64,000 bases of DNA from an uncultured virus (IMG/VR IMGVR_UViG_3300036715_002448) (Duplodnaviria; Heunggongvirae; Uroviricota; Caudoviricetes), in IMG/VR virus record IMGVR_UViG_3300036715_002448, positions 1-64,000 of that record, one strand, 5' to 3'. Made by a program: the position numbers and the translations under genes. Position 1 is the first letter of the stretch. Every line of letters starts with the position of its first letter. The notes under the pieces were generated by a model, which had not been told where the DNA came from, did no database searches, and worked only from the letters and a program-made list of their open reading frames with translations. Shown here piece by piece: positions 1 to 9,678 of this stretch.

Positions 1-687
1 ATCTTTAAGAATTTGCATATCAGCCGCTTCTTTATCCTTCGATAATTCATCTATGAACAAGAAATGTGCTGGATTGTTAGCATTTTGTTTAGCATCACCC
101 ATATCAAGTCGTTTTAAATAATTTCTATATGTAATTATTCTTAACAATGAATCTATGGCTGAGTTAAGTTTTGGGTACATACGATAAGCCGGGTCATTGA
201 CAGAAAGGCCATATTTACCATATTTTTGATTATAGTAAATTACAATAGAAACAATATCGGAAGGGCTAAATGATTTTTGCATTTTACTAGTAAAGGTATC
301 ACCCCAATTAAATCCTCTTAATTTAGAAACAACTGTTTCTAACCAATAGTTATAAACTTTAGCTGCTTCTTCGTCATCATACACGTATTCTCGGGATGCA
401 GAAATTGTAGGAGATGCTGTTGGTAATGTAATTCTTGCTCCTAATTCATTAGCTCTTTCGCCAAATATAATTGTTACTGGGTCATTTTTATCTAAAAGTT
501 TAACACAAGCTTCGTATCTACGAATAGCTTTATCTTTATTTGTTATAGCTTTTGCCATCACAGAAGCTAATTGAATTTCTTTGTCTTTATGACCATTTGA
601 TTTTTTTATAATGTCGCTAATGCGCGTTTCGTCTTTGGCATCTTCATTCAATACATAAAAATCGTCAAATTCAGGAATATTTTTCAT
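1..687 (-). CDS. Leader-tagged hypothetical protein, 3'-truncated at window edge (not in ORF track)
   Basis: Manual translation from ATG 687: MKNIPEFDDFYVLNEDAKDETRISDIIKK..., open to base 1; late promoter motif at 696-710. Confidence 0.85.
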   Translation of the reverse strand, partial: MKNIPEFDDFYVLNEDAKDETRISDIIKKSNGHKDKEIQLASVMAKAITNKDKAIRRYEACVKLLDKNDPVTIIFGERANELGARITLPTASPTISASREYVYDDEEAAKVYNYWLETVVSKLRGFNWGDTFTSKMQKSFSPSDIVSIVIYYNQKYGKYGLSVNDPAYRMYPKLNSAIDSLLRIITYRNYLKRLDMGDAKQNANNPAHFLFIDELSKDKEAADMQILKD

Positions 688-695
688 CAATGTAT

Positions 696-710
696 TTTAT
701 TTTATATATC
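696..710 (-). promoter_or_regulatory. Putative late promoter GATATATAAAATAAA
   Basis: Motif recurs about 14 times just upstream of structural genes; resembles T4 late TATAAATA. Confidence 0.65.
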
Positions 711-772
711 TACACTTATTTTTTCTAAAATTTAAAAATATAAGAAAAATTTTCTTTTACAACATATCTCTT

Positions 773-2224
773 TTAAAATTCTTTAAATTTTTCAATTTCT
801 AATGTAGACTGAATATTACCATTTGGCCTAGCATTTAAATGAATATGGTACGAATGTTCTCCTTTTGCAATATCAAAAAGAAAAATAATTTGTTTGTTAG
901 AGTTCCTATCAATTATTTTTACAGTAGAGTCTTTTGAATTAACTCCATTTTGCAACATTGAAATTGTTTCACCTGCTTGGAATTTAGTAATGTTAGGAAT
1001 TCCATTTGAATTACCGGTTATTTTAAAAAACGTCGGATTGACACCAGAAATAGAAGCAGAAAATGCAGCTGCACCTAACAAATTTTCACCAATTTTAGAA
1101 CCATCAGATAATAAAACGCTTGCCAATTTCAAACTTGAGTATTTTGAAATTATTTCTAATTTGTCACCTTCATATTTTTTAGTATCTTGTTCAAGTTCTA
1201 CATTAACAGTTGCTTTTTTACATTCAGTGCTTATTTGTTTTCTTAATTGATCTATTTTGTTCTGCAATTCTTCTACTGACAAGTTTTGTTCATCAACAGT
1301 AACATTATAAGAAGACTCGTCATTTGTTAATTTTTTGAAATACTGTTTTGCTTTACCTCCTTGCGCCTTTTCTTGTTTTATTGAAATACTTATAATAGAA
1401 CCTTTAAGTTCATTTGTATATTTAAAATCATGTGAAAATAAATCATTAAGTAATCCAATTGCATCAACAGGTTTATTTCTGTTAATATAATTTAATTCAG
1501 TACTTATTTGTGACAAGAAATTTCTATCAATAGCATACATATCGCCAGGATTCCATTTATCAGAACGCATACCTGTTAAAGTCTCTCCAACTTTTCGTAT
1601 ATCATCAAAAATTCCTGTTCTTGTTAATATAGTATTTTTACTACTTATGCTTGATTTAATGTAGTTTGCTACTGACCAATAATCAATTAAATTATTTAAA
1701 GTAGTTTTGTTAAGAGGTGTTGAGTCTAGCCAACGTGAAATTTCATCAATCGTTTTATTATCAACACTTTCATTACCTACTTTAATTGATTTTAATTCAT
1801 TTATGACATTTGCTAAATTTTGTAAAGTTGGTTTGTTTATTTCCGAATAGAAAAGGTAAATAATAAGTCCTTCTTTTACATTAATTGTTGTTTCATGTCC
1901 TGCTTTTTTACCTGTTAATATAGAAGTTTTAGGTCCAACTACTATGTTTATTGAATTGTCTTCCGAAACAATAACAACATAATTTTTTTGTTTAAGTAAT
2001 TCTTCGCCTTCTTTTTTGTCTATTTTTTTGCAAGAATATGCAATATAATAAATTTCATTAGCAGTTATTTCTTCGGTAGTTGAGTACTCGTGAGCAATTA
2101 ATTCAGCAGGAACTTTGTTGTAAAAATTAGGTGATATGGTATAAATTCTATCAGGGTGGGCCCACACACGACTTTCATTTAACATAAAGTTAACAAAGTC
2201 ACTATATTTTAACATTTTTTCCAT
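773..2224 (-). CDS. Leader-tagged putative PD-(D/E)XK-like nuclease
   Basis: Leader MLKYSDFVNFMLNE; DKWNPGDMY...ISISIKQ fits a PD...(D/E/S)xK core. Confidence 0.5.
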   Translation of the reverse strand: MEKMLKYSDFVNFMLNESRVWAHPDRIYTISPNFYNKVPAELIAHEYSTTEEITANEIYYIAYSCKKIDKKEGEELLKQKNYVVIVSEDNSINIVVGPKTSILTGKKAGHETTINVKEGLIIYLFYSEINKPTLQNLANVINELKSIKVGNESVDNKTIDEISRWLDSTPLNKTTLNNLIDYWSVANYIKSSISSKNTILTRTGIFDDIRKVGETLTGMRSDKWNPGDMYAIDRNFLSQISTELNYINRNKPVDAIGLLNDLFSHDFKYTNELKGSIISISIKQEKAQGGKAKQYFKKLTNDESSYNVTVDEQNLSVEELQNKIDQLRKQISTECKKATVNVELEQDTKKYEGDKLEIISKYSSLKLASVLLSDGSKIGENLLGAAAFSASISGVNPTFFKITGNSNGIPNITKFQAGETISMLQNGVNSKDSTVKIIDRNSNKQIIFLFDIAKGEHSYHIHLNARPNGNIQSTLEIEKFKEF

Positions 2225-3138
2225 TATTCAAATATATTTGGATATTTTTCTATAGCTTCAGATGGAATAGGCATTTTAGCAGCTAACAAATAATCTTTAA
2301 AACGTTTTAAGATTTCGTTTCTTTTATTTGCATGTATAAATTTAGGAGAGTCGACTAAGGCAAAAACATTTTCGAAAGTCATAACATCCGATGGTTGTAC
2401 TCCTTCTCCAAATGCAAATTTAACAACTTCTTCTGGCGTATTTGTAACAAATTTATCTTGGTCATGTAAAAGAGTAGCAGTTTTAACTAATCCACCTTTT
2501 TTACCCATGAATGTTTTTGCAACTTGATAAAGTCCTTTTTCAAGACGAATAACATACATTTTGTATTCTTCAGTTTCTCCAGTTTCCGTTTTTTTAGTAG
2601 TTTCTTTCATCGACTCCGAAACAATAGACATTAATAATGTATTACGATACATTCCTTTATATTTAGATTCTGACTTAATAAAATTTGGTGAATAATACAT
2701 AAATTTAGACCAATCAAGATTCCCAGAAAGCATTAAATCTACTTGAGCAACCCCATTTTTAAAACTTCCATTAATTGGAGCGCCAAATGAAACCTGAACA
2801 AATCCTTTACTCACCTTTGTTAAATAACCTAATGATATTAGTTTCTTATCTAACCAATCCAAAGTCTCATCTAAAGAGATTCCATTAACACCTGCAATTT
2901 TATCAATTGACACAGCAACATCAATATCCCCAGAAGTCATAGTAGCAGGTTTTTTGCCATAAGAGCCTATTGGAAACGCATCAATTCCTTCACCATCTAA
3001 TCCAATTTTAGGAAAGATGTTTTTTTCAACCCATTTATAAGTTTCTATAACTTCATCTTGTGAAAGTGGCCTTGCTTCTTCTACAGCATTTCCGCCTTCT
3101 GTTAAAAGGCGGACAACAAACTCTTTATATTTAAGCAT
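2224..3138 (-). CDS. Leader-tagged Pol-beta superfamily nucleotidyltransferase
   Basis: IGSYGKK...SGDIDVAV and distal AQVDLM (hGS, DxD, third Asp); leader MLKYKEF..LLTEGG. Confidence 0.75.
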   Translation of the reverse strand: MLKYKEFVVRLLTEGGNAVEEARPLSQDEVIETYKWVEKNIFPKIGLDGEGIDAFPIGSYGKKPATMTSGDIDVAVSIDKIAGVNGISLDETLDWLDKKLISLGYLTKVSKGFVQVSFGAPINGSFKNGVAQVDLMLSGNLDWSKFMYYSPNFIKSESKYKGMYRNTLLMSIVSESMKETTKKTETGETEEYKMYVIRLEKGLYQVAKTFMGKKGGLVKTATLLHDQDKFVTNTPEEVVKFAFGEGVQPSDVMTFENVFALVDSPKFIHANKRNEILKRFKDYLLAAKMPIPSEAIEKYPNIFE

Positions 3139-3207
3139 CTATATTTTTTATTTTAAAGCAGTAATTCTATATTTGTCTATGAACTTCAATTAAATAGTTT
3201 TTGTACT

Positions 3208-3924
3208 TTAATAAATACTTACTTCTCTGTTGTTTACAATAAACTCATTACCTTCACCATCGATTGCTGGTACATCTTTTCCTTTTTTGAATTGAGGTAC
3301 GTCTTCAGCTTCAATATGAAGGAATTTACCTTTTTCTTCCCAAATAACAAATAATCCTTTTGCATCATTTGATTCATTAACGACAGATTCATTTGCTATT
3401 TTTTTCAATTTAAAAGTTATAACAAAATGACTATCTTTTGGCCATGGTTTAAAATCGTCGCGTTTGTCAATTATTGTAATTTCAATTCCTGCAGTTTTTA
3501 ACCCTTTTTCCAAATCTCTTGCTACCGAATCAGGGCTTTGTCCGCGACTGTAAAAATACCCACGTTTTGCAACTATAGAACCATCTCTTTTGAAAGAAAT
3601 GCTATCTACGCCAAGATAAACATTTTCCATTGCATCTTTAAGAGCTTTCTTTTCTTTAGGACTCAATGCCTTATCAACGGAAACTTCTTCATCTTCATTT
3701 ATTTTAACAAATTCTTCAAATTTAGGTATATCAAGAGCCTCAAATTTAAAATCTTGATTTTCTTGTGATTTTGCACTTACAACTGCAAGTAATCCTACTT
3801 TTGATTTAGGAACTTTGTATTGAATAATAGCTTTTTGTTTGGCATCCCATAAGTCTTTAGCTTCTATTTCATACCTGTTGCCATTCCAAAATGCAAAAAA
3901 TTTTGATTCATTTAAATCTTTCAT
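3208..3924 (-). CDS. Multi-module hypothetical protein with internal leader-like motifs
   Basis: MKDLNES..., internal DIPKFEEFVKINE and NESVVNES. Confidence 0.6.
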   Translation of the reverse strand: MKDLNESKFFAFWNGNRYEIEAKDLWDAKQKAIIQYKVPKSKVGLLAVVSAKSQENQDFKFEALDIPKFEEFVKINEDEEVSVDKALSPKEKKALKDAMENVYLGVDSISFKRDGSIVAKRGYFYSRGQSPDSVARDLEKGLKTAGIEITIIDKRDDFKPWPKDSHFVITFKLKKIANESVVNESNDAKGLFVIWEEKGKFLHIEAEDVPQFKKGKDVPAIDGEGNEFIVNNREVSIY

Positions 3925-3934
3925 GTTTATGTTT

Positions 3935-4456
3935 TTATTTTATATATTTAATGTTATCAAATCCTTCCTCTTTCGTAGGTTCTTCATATTTATTAATCAT
4001 ATCATCGACTATATTAATTCCTACATGCTTTCCTGTTTCCTTTTCGCGTTTTTCTAAACGTTTTAAAATTTCTGCTCTGCTAGTTTTAAATACAACAACG
4101 TTTTTAGTATATCCAAAAGGAACTTTTGACAGTATTTTTTTTCTGCTAGAAACAGTCATATTAGTCATATCAACTACAATATCTTTTCTAGAATTCATGG
4201 TTTTATTAATATGATTTTCTAATTCCATATTAACCTTGCTTTGAAATTCTTTATTGCTAAAAGTTTCAGCATAAGTCATGCCTGTTCCTTTTCTTAGTTC
4301 ATCAACTATATCATCTCTCGATATTGTGATTGCATTCTTTGCATTTTCTGCTTTCCAAGTTGATTTTCCTGAAGCAGGAGGACCTACTAGTATTGTTATA
4401 GTAGGATTTGTTTTTGCTTCTAGAATATTTTCCACGAAGCTGTTAAATTTTTCCAT
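3935..4456 (-). CDS. Leader-tagged P-loop kinase (AAA_33 / PNK kinase-like)
   Basis: GPPASGKST, ISRDDI, VVDMTN, RLEKRE lid; leader MEKFNSFVENILE. Confidence 0.8.
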   Translation of the reverse strand: MEKFNSFVENILEAKTNPTITILVGPPASGKSTWKAENAKNAITISRDDIVDELRKGTGMTYAETFSNKEFQSKVNMELENHINKTMNSRKDIVVDMTNMTVSSRKKILSKVPFGYTKNVVVFKTSRAEILKRLEKREKETGKHVGINIVDDMINKYEEPTKEEGFDNIKYIK

Positions 4457-4465
4457 TATATTTGT

Positions 4466-4708
4466 TTAATCAGTTTTTATATATACATATACACTTTGTA
4501 CACCAAATCTTTCTCTAACCATTTTAATAGCCATTTTTGCTTTAAAGGTGTCTTCTAATTCAAATGTATTTCCATTTACTGTGTATTTAATACCATTTTC
4601 TTTTAAGTCAGAAATAAATGATTTTAAGGCTTTTGAAGATATCCAGCATTTAATGACACCTATTATTAGCTCATTTATAAATTCATTATATGATTTAAAA
4701 GTGCTCAT
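4466..4708 (-). CDS. Leader-tagged small hypothetical protein
   Basis: MSTFKSYNEFINE. Confidence 0.7.
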   Translation of the reverse strand: MSTFKSYNEFINELIIGVIKCWISSKALKSFISDLKENGIKYTVNGNTFELEDTFKAKMAIKMVRERFGVQSVYVYIKTD

Positions 4709-4829
4709 TTATTATTTTTAATTTCTTTAACAGTTTCTATTCAATTTAAGTTATTTATTTTATATATTATTTAAATAATTTTTATTGTCAAAATTGATAA
4801 ATTGTAATCATATATTATAGAAACGTCGA

Positions 4830-4946
4830 TCATTTTTTGTAAGATTTAAGGATTTCTGTATTGTGTTGTATTCTTTTTTCATTTTTTCTTCTGTTACTTG
4901 CATTAGCTTTTACTTTAGAAATTTTTCGTTTTCTTGTCTTTGCCAT
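4830..4946 (-). CDS. 38-aa highly basic microprotein (not in ORF track)
   Basis: MAKTRKRKISKVKANASNRRKNEKRIQHNTEILKSYKK; TATATTTG promoter at 4969-4976. Confidence 0.65.
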   Translation of the reverse strand: MAKTRKRKISKVKANASNRRKNEKRIQHNTEILKSYKK

Positions 4947-4968
4947 TTTAGTTTTCTTATTTTATGTA

Positions 4969-4976
4969 CAAATATA
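4969..4976 (-). promoter_or_regulatory. Bacteroidota-type -7 element TAnnTTTG
   Basis: TATATTTG about 22 nt upstream of ATG; same octamer at 8744-8751. Confidence 0.5.
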
Positions 4977-5019
4977 ATAAAAAAGATTTAATACTGTAAA
5001 ACTTTTTATGTAGTTTATA

Positions 5020-5280
5020 CTATCTTTCCATTTCCCAAGTATAAGTAATAACCCATTGTAATGCTTGTTTAAGCAAACGTTGCATACGTGGGATTAGTTC
5101 TTTAACGTCAGGATGTTTAGATAGTTCTAACTCTAATTCTTTGTAATCTCTAATATCTCCTTTTTCAGTACCTATTTTTTTGTAAATTTCATAATATACT
5201 CTTCTTGTATCTGCATCCATTTGATCGGTGAATTTAGTTCCTTCATTTAGGAATTCTTCATAGTCTAATAAGTTTTTCAT
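5020..5280 (-). CDS. Leader-tagged small hypothetical protein (start reassigned to 5280)
   Basis: MKNLLDYEEFLNEG begins at ATG 5280, removing the overlap with the upstream gene. Confidence 0.75.
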   Translation of the reverse strand: MKNLLDYEEFLNEGTKFTDQMDADTRRVYYEIYKKIGTEKGDIRDYKELELELSKHPDVKELIPRMQRLLKQALQWVITYTWEMER

Positions 5281-5287
5281 GGTAGTA

Positions 5288-5473
5288 TTATTTTTTTCCT
5301 TTAAATTCAAGGGCTTTGTCTATTATAAAATATCCTTTGTCTGTATCTACAACCCAATGTTTTTCTTTTGCAGAAAAGAACACTGAATTAATTTTAGCAC
5401 CTGCAAAATCTGAAGGTTTTAATGCGCTTGCACCTTCTGATAAAAAATTTTCATAATTTGGTAAGTTTTTCAT
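5288..5473 (-). CDS. Leader-tagged small hypothetical protein
   Basis: MKNLPNYENFLSEG. Confidence 0.75.
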   Translation of the reverse strand: MKNLPNYENFLSEGASALKPSDFAGAKINSVFFSAKEKHWVVDTDKGYFIIDKALEFKGKK

Positions 5474-5514
5474 ATTGATTTTATTTATTTATTTTATTTA
5501 GTAAGTCCATGTAG

Positions 5515-5697
5515 CTATTCGACGAAGGGAACAGATAAAGTCAATAAATTTTCTGCATCTTTTTTATATTCAGATGCTTTAAGTTTTTTAATTAAAATTT
5601 GGATGTCGTCTATCAAATTCAAAATTTCGGAATTAATAGAGTTTTCGTCGGGTTTGTCAGATGAAATGAATTCATCAATTGACTTTAAATTTTCCAT
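5515..5697 (-). CDS. Small hypothetical protein with degenerate leader
   Basis: MENLKSIDEFISS; may be truncated by a premature TAG. Confidence 0.55.
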   Translation of the reverse strand: MENLKSIDEFISSDKPDENSINSEILNLIDDIQILIKKLKASEYKKDAENLLTLSVPFVE

Positions 5698-5705
5698 AAA
5701 AGGTT

Positions 5706-6782
5706 TTATTTTAGTAGCTTCTTCACCAAAGGTACGTACTCTTCAACTAAAGATTTAATTTTATTAACTGCTTTAATTGCTAAATCAGAATATGCTTTAT
5801 CAAATTTAGGTGCAACCGCTGCTTTTTCCATTTTTAAAGTGTATCGATTAACAACAGCATTTAAAAATTCATTTGCAGATTTATATTTAACAGTTCCACC
5901 AAATTCACCCAATTGGTCTAATGTTTGAGCTAATAATTTTATACCTTCACATAAATCCTCTATTCTAGGATTATTTAGGTTCATTCCTTTCCAAGATTCA
6001 ATTGCTGTTGTATTTAAAGGTTTATCGGAACCTGAAAGTTCCCACATTAATTTAGCAATATCTTGCATGAAAGTTTGTATGTTTGCTGAGATAAGTTTAT
6101 CTTCAGTATCCTTTCTTTTAGAAAGTTCAACAATCTGATTTCCTATAAACTTAGCTCTTACTCCTCTTGCTTGAATAGAAATATCAAGAACTTCTCCGAG
6201 TGATGAATAAAGATTTCCCAATACAAAACCTTTTATATTTCTCATTGGGGTAAATCTAAATAAAGACCATGCAGCATATTCTTTATGGGTCATTACAAGA
6301 TCTACTTGTACCCATCCTTTTGTTTTTCCTTCAAGTTCTACTTCTACAATTAATTTAATGCCATTAATGCTTGACACTTTTTTAGTCTCAAGCAAGTCAA
6401 CTCCTTTATATTTTTCTGCTTCTAGCCACATTAACAATTCTTGATTGTATAATTTAGTAGTTGCAACTTCATCGTCACGTTCTTTACCATCCGTTAATTT
6501 AAGAGTAGGATAAGCTACCATATAATCAACATCTCCATAAAGTTTGTCAGGTTGATTTTTAATATCTTCTTTCCACCAAGTTCCACTTCCGATAGGACGT
6601 AAAAAATCCAGTGAAGGTAGTTCTAATTCTCTAAGATGTGAGTTAAAATCACTTGATAGTTTTTGAACAACATCATTAACTTTACCAATAACCTGTGGAG
6701 TTATGGGTGTTTCTTGAGTTTTAGTTGTAGAAAAACCACCTTCTAAAAGAGAAATAAATTCGTTGTATTTGTACAATGCCAT
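5706..6782 (-). CDS. Leader-tagged Pol-beta superfamily nucleotidyltransferase
   Basis: IGSGTW...YGDVDYMV and VQVDLV; leader MALYKYNEFISLLEGG. Confidence 0.7.
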   Translation of the reverse strand: MALYKYNEFISLLEGGFSTTKTQETPITPQVIGKVNDVVQKLSSDFNSHLRELELPSLDFLRPIGSGTWWKEDIKNQPDKLYGDVDYMVAYPTLKLTDGKERDDEVATTKLYNQELLMWLEAEKYKGVDLLETKKVSSINGIKLIVEVELEGKTKGWVQVDLVMTHKEYAAWSLFRFTPMRNIKGFVLGNLYSSLGEVLDISIQARGVRAKFIGNQIVELSKRKDTEDKLISANIQTFMQDIAKLMWELSGSDKPLNTTAIESWKGMNLNNPRIEDLCEGIKLLAQTLDQLGEFGGTVKYKSANEFLNAVVNRYTLKMEKAAVAPKFDKAYSDLAIKAVNKIKSLVEEYVPLVKKLLK

Positions 6783-6797
6783 TTTAAAAATTGTTTT

Positions 6798-7346
6798 TTA
6801 AAGTATTTCATAAGATTCAGCATTAACTGAATTATCATCAAAATACTTTTTTAATTCTTGTTTTGTCAAGTTAGTAAATATCTTCAACATATAAACAAGG
6901 TCTTTATCCGCATAATGACGTCCTTTTTCTTTGCCTTCAAATTCGTAAGTATAACTTTCTATTTTATGTTGTGCTTTAGCAGCCCATAAATTAGTTTTTA
7001 ATATTTCTTCAGGTTCTCTATAAGTTCCATCTTCTATATAAAATTTTACTCTAAAAAAATGTGTAGCAGATTCATTAACAACAGATTCATCCATAGGAAT
7101 AAATTTTCCTTTATTAAAATCTGCAATAACTGCATTGTATATTTTTTCAAATCTTTTTTTGACAAGACCCTCTCTGTCATTAATTTTTTTTCTTAATTGA
7201 AAAAGTATTTCATTTGTGAAGTCTTTATCATTTTTATATTTTTTTGTTTTAACAAAAGAAATAATTTGGTCTAAGTAAGATTGGTCATCTGCTGTTATAA
7301 CATTTCCTTCATTTACAAAATTTTCAAATTCTGGTATGTTTTTCAT
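6798..7346 (-). CDS. Leader-tagged two-module hypothetical protein
   Basis: MKNIPEFENFVNEG; internal DESVVNES linker. Confidence 0.7.
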   Translation of the reverse strand: MKNIPEFENFVNEGNVITADDQSYLDQIISFVKTKKYKNDKDFTNEILFQLRKKINDREGLVKKRFEKIYNAVIADFNKGKFIPMDESVVNESATHFFRVKFYIEDGTYREPEEILKTNLWAAKAQHKIESYTYEFEGKEKGRHYADKDLVYMLKIFTNLTKQELKKYFDDNSVNAESYEIL

Positions 7347-7357
7347 ATTTATTATTT

Positions 7358-7882
7358 TTATTTTGAAAGTTTTACTATTTCCTTTTCAAGATCTGCAATT
7401 TGTCCTTTAACATGTTCTACAAAAAATTTAGCTGCTTTGTCAATTTCTTTTTTATTATAAATACCATATATTGGATATTTGTTAGAATAATTTGACTTAG
7501 GATCAAATATAGACAAACTAGTTCCTTCTAATTGAGCTGCTCCTAAACCATCCGCTAAGTCTGATTCAAAAAATGTATTAGGTTGAATAGAAATGCTATT
7601 ATTGTTAGAAACCAAATTAAATACGAATTCAATTAATGCTTTGTTGTCGTGATCTTTAGCTTTTGAATAATCTACTTTAGCATCAATAGTCAATTCATAT
7701 CCTGCATTATAAGGTTTAACTCTTGATACATAAGATTTAATTAAGTCTTTATCTAATAGTGATTTGTAAAATTTATCAACATCTTTTTGAATTTGAAAGA
7801 TTGCCGCTTTACAAGCACCTTGTGCTTTGATAACTTCGTTAGCTTCATTAAGGAATTGGTCGTAATCGAGTAAATTTTTCAT
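7358..7882 (-). CDS. Leader-tagged hypothetical protein
   Basis: MKNLLDYDQFLNEA. Confidence 0.75.
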   Translation of the reverse strand: MKNLLDYDQFLNEANEVIKAQGACKAAIFQIQKDVDKFYKSLLDKDLIKSYVSRVKPYNAGYELTIDAKVDYSKAKDHDNKALIEFVFNLVSNNNSISIQPNTFFESDLADGLGAAQLEGTSLSIFDPKSNYSNKYPIYGIYNKKEIDKAAKFFVEHVKGQIADLEKEIVKLSK

Positions 7883-7888
7883 TTAAAT

Positions 7889-8719
7889 TTAATTATTTTG
7901 TGCAGTTATTTGGTCAAGTTTTACTTGCAATTTTTGAATTTCTTTTTCTAAATTCTTTTTTCTTGTTTGTTTACTATCAATGTTCATTTTTTTCCAAAAA
8001 TCAACAAGGTGCTGTCTGTATTCATCCATTTCAGCTTCCCATTGTTTTTTTGTTTTTTCTTGTCTTGCATAAGAAGTAGGATCCAGTTCTTCCCAAGTTC
8101 TATTAAAAACCCATTTTTTATCTGGTTCTTCCTCAATAATCTGATTTTTTACAGCTTCATAACTTGTTATTTTAGTATTAATAGCAAGATCTGCATCTAT
8201 TTTTTCAATATCTCTAACAAAATAAGAAATTTCTTTTGCAATCTTTTCCGCTTTCGACATTCTTTTAATTTTGTCTTGGTAAGCTTTTGATATTGTTGAA
8301 TTACCTGTTTTAGGTAAGGTTGTTTTAGTTATATATCTATAGTGCAAATGTTGGATATTATATCCACCTGCATAAATAACTTCAGTATTGAATGGGTAAA
8401 CAGTTTCATCGCGTTGTATTTGAGCTGAAATTTCAAGAGAGTCTTTAGGACCTCTGAAAGTATTTATTGAAATTAACTTATCAGTAGGTTTTGTAAACTT
8501 TTCAATAGAAGATACCATGTCATAAACAAGGCCTAATCTAACACTTGTTCTTGTGAAATTTGACCAAGGGTGATAGTGCTCAGGGTCATTTTGTTTTTCA
8601 CGAGTTTCAATACGATTTAAAAGGTCTTCAATAGTTTCTTCAAGAGTATCTAATATAACAGTAACAATGTTTTCTGTTGAATTAGCAACATGTTCATGAT
8701 ATGTTAGAAAAGTGCTCAT
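7889..8719 (-). CDS. Hypothetical phage protein with YAGGYNIQxLHYRY motif and coiled-coil tail
   Basis: Long ORF; weak leader MSTFLTYHEH; own TATATTTG element upstream. Confidence 0.6.
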   Translation of the reverse strand: MSTFLTYHEHVANSTENIVTVILDTLEETIEDLLNRIETREKQNDPEHYHPWSNFTRTSVRLGLVYDMVSSIEKFTKPTDKLISINTFRGPKDSLEISAQIQRDETVYPFNTEVIYAGGYNIQHLHYRYITKTTLPKTGNSTISKAYQDKIKRMSKAEKIAKEISYFVRDIEKIDADLAINTKITSYEAVKNQIIEEEPDKKWVFNRTWEELDPTSYARQEKTKKQWEAEMDEYRQHLVDFWKKMNIDSKQTRKKNLEKEIQKLQVKLDQITAQNN

Positions 8720-8743
8720 AATGAATTAGTTTTAATTATACTA

Positions 8744-8751
8744 CAAATATA
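8744..8751 (-). promoter_or_regulatory. Bacteroidota-type -7 element TAnnTTTG
   Basis: TATATTTG 24 nt upstream of ATG 8719. Confidence 0.5.
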
Positions 8752-8784
8752 ATACCTTTTATTGAAACTTGAAAATTATTTAAG

Positions 8785-9160
8785 TTAAAAGTTCATCATA
8801 TCATTTAATAACTTGTAACTAAAATTACCTGACATAATAGGTCTTGTGGGTTTTGAATAATCTAACGAAACAGGAAATAACCAAAGAAAAAGTTTGCCAT
8901 CTTTAGTAAATTCTATTTCAATTTTTCGTCCTCCTGCATCATATTAAATACCCATGGATGGAACTATTTTATTTGGATATCTGTCATACTTCTTTAACAT
9001 ATAATCCATATATCAACAATTACTTTATTGATTATTGTGAAGTTCCACGAAAGATTGAATTGCTTTCTTATCCATTAAAATCAGTACCTACCAAATGTCT
9101 CATGTCTCATTTAGTAAAACCTTCTTCTAAAAAATCATCAAATGATTGTATATTTTTCAT
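8785..9160 (-). pseudogene. Decayed leader-tagged gene
   Basis: Intact leader MKNIQSFDDFLEEGFTK then TGA at a 7-bp duplication (ATGAGAC x2); later fragments such as YDAGGRKIEIEFTKDGKLFLWLF broken by stops. Confidence 0.6.
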
Positions 9161-9161
9161 A

Positions 9162-9479
9162 TTAAATTCCTGTTATTTGGTTCTCGTAAAATTTATCAGG
9201 CCTTACATTAATAAATACATTGTTTTTAGCATTTAATATTTGCCTTAACATATTTTCTACCCCGATTGTATTGCGTGGGAATTTTCTATTGTGCATACCA
9301 GCAACTAATAACCATTTTGGTAAATTGTCAGCTCCCATATAGTCTCCTAAATTGTCTATAAAATCTTGTATATCAGAATTATCAAATTCAATAATTTTTC
9401 CACCATAAATAGTAACTTCTATTTTTTTATTAGTAGAACTTTCTGTTAAAAAGTCATCATAAGATTGTAAATTTTTCAT
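9162..9479 (-). CDS. Leader-tagged hypothetical protein
   Basis: MKNLQSYDDFLTES. Confidence 0.75.
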   Translation of the reverse strand: MKNLQSYDDFLTESSTNKKIEVTIYGGKIIEFDNSDIQDFIDNLGDYMGADNLPKWLLVAGMHNRKFPRNTIGVENMLRQILNAKNNVFINVRPDKFYENQITGI

Positions 9480-9489
9480 TGTATAATTT

Positions 9490-9676
9490 TTTTTTAAAGT
9501 ATCCGTATATTGTTTTACCTTTTTCTAAAAGTTCATTGGACATACCTCCATCAAGTATATTATGCATTACCATCTATAGTTTACAAATTTTATAGCTTTG
9601 GTAATAGTTGTTATTTTTTTTTAGCTCCTCGAGTTCCTTAATTTAAAAATTCATTGAAATTTTTTAAACCTTCTGT
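9490..9676 (-). pseudogene. Decayed leader-tagged gene (3' end approximate)
   Basis: ACA GAA GGT TTA AAA AAT TTC AAT GAA TTT TTA AAT TAA = (T)EGLKNFNEFLN*; no start, stop at the conserved Glu position. Confidence 0.55.
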
Positions 9677-9678
9677 TT

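Noticed and set aside
5480-5697. Stop-codon reassignment (TAG readthrough), as in some Bacteroidota phages
   Set aside because: Long conserved genes are intact under the standard code and several end naturally at TAG; interruptions involve TAA, TGA and frameshifts alike
2224-6782. CBASS-type cyclase operon
   Set aside because: Only generic Pol-beta NTase motifs; no recognisable Cap effectors adjacent
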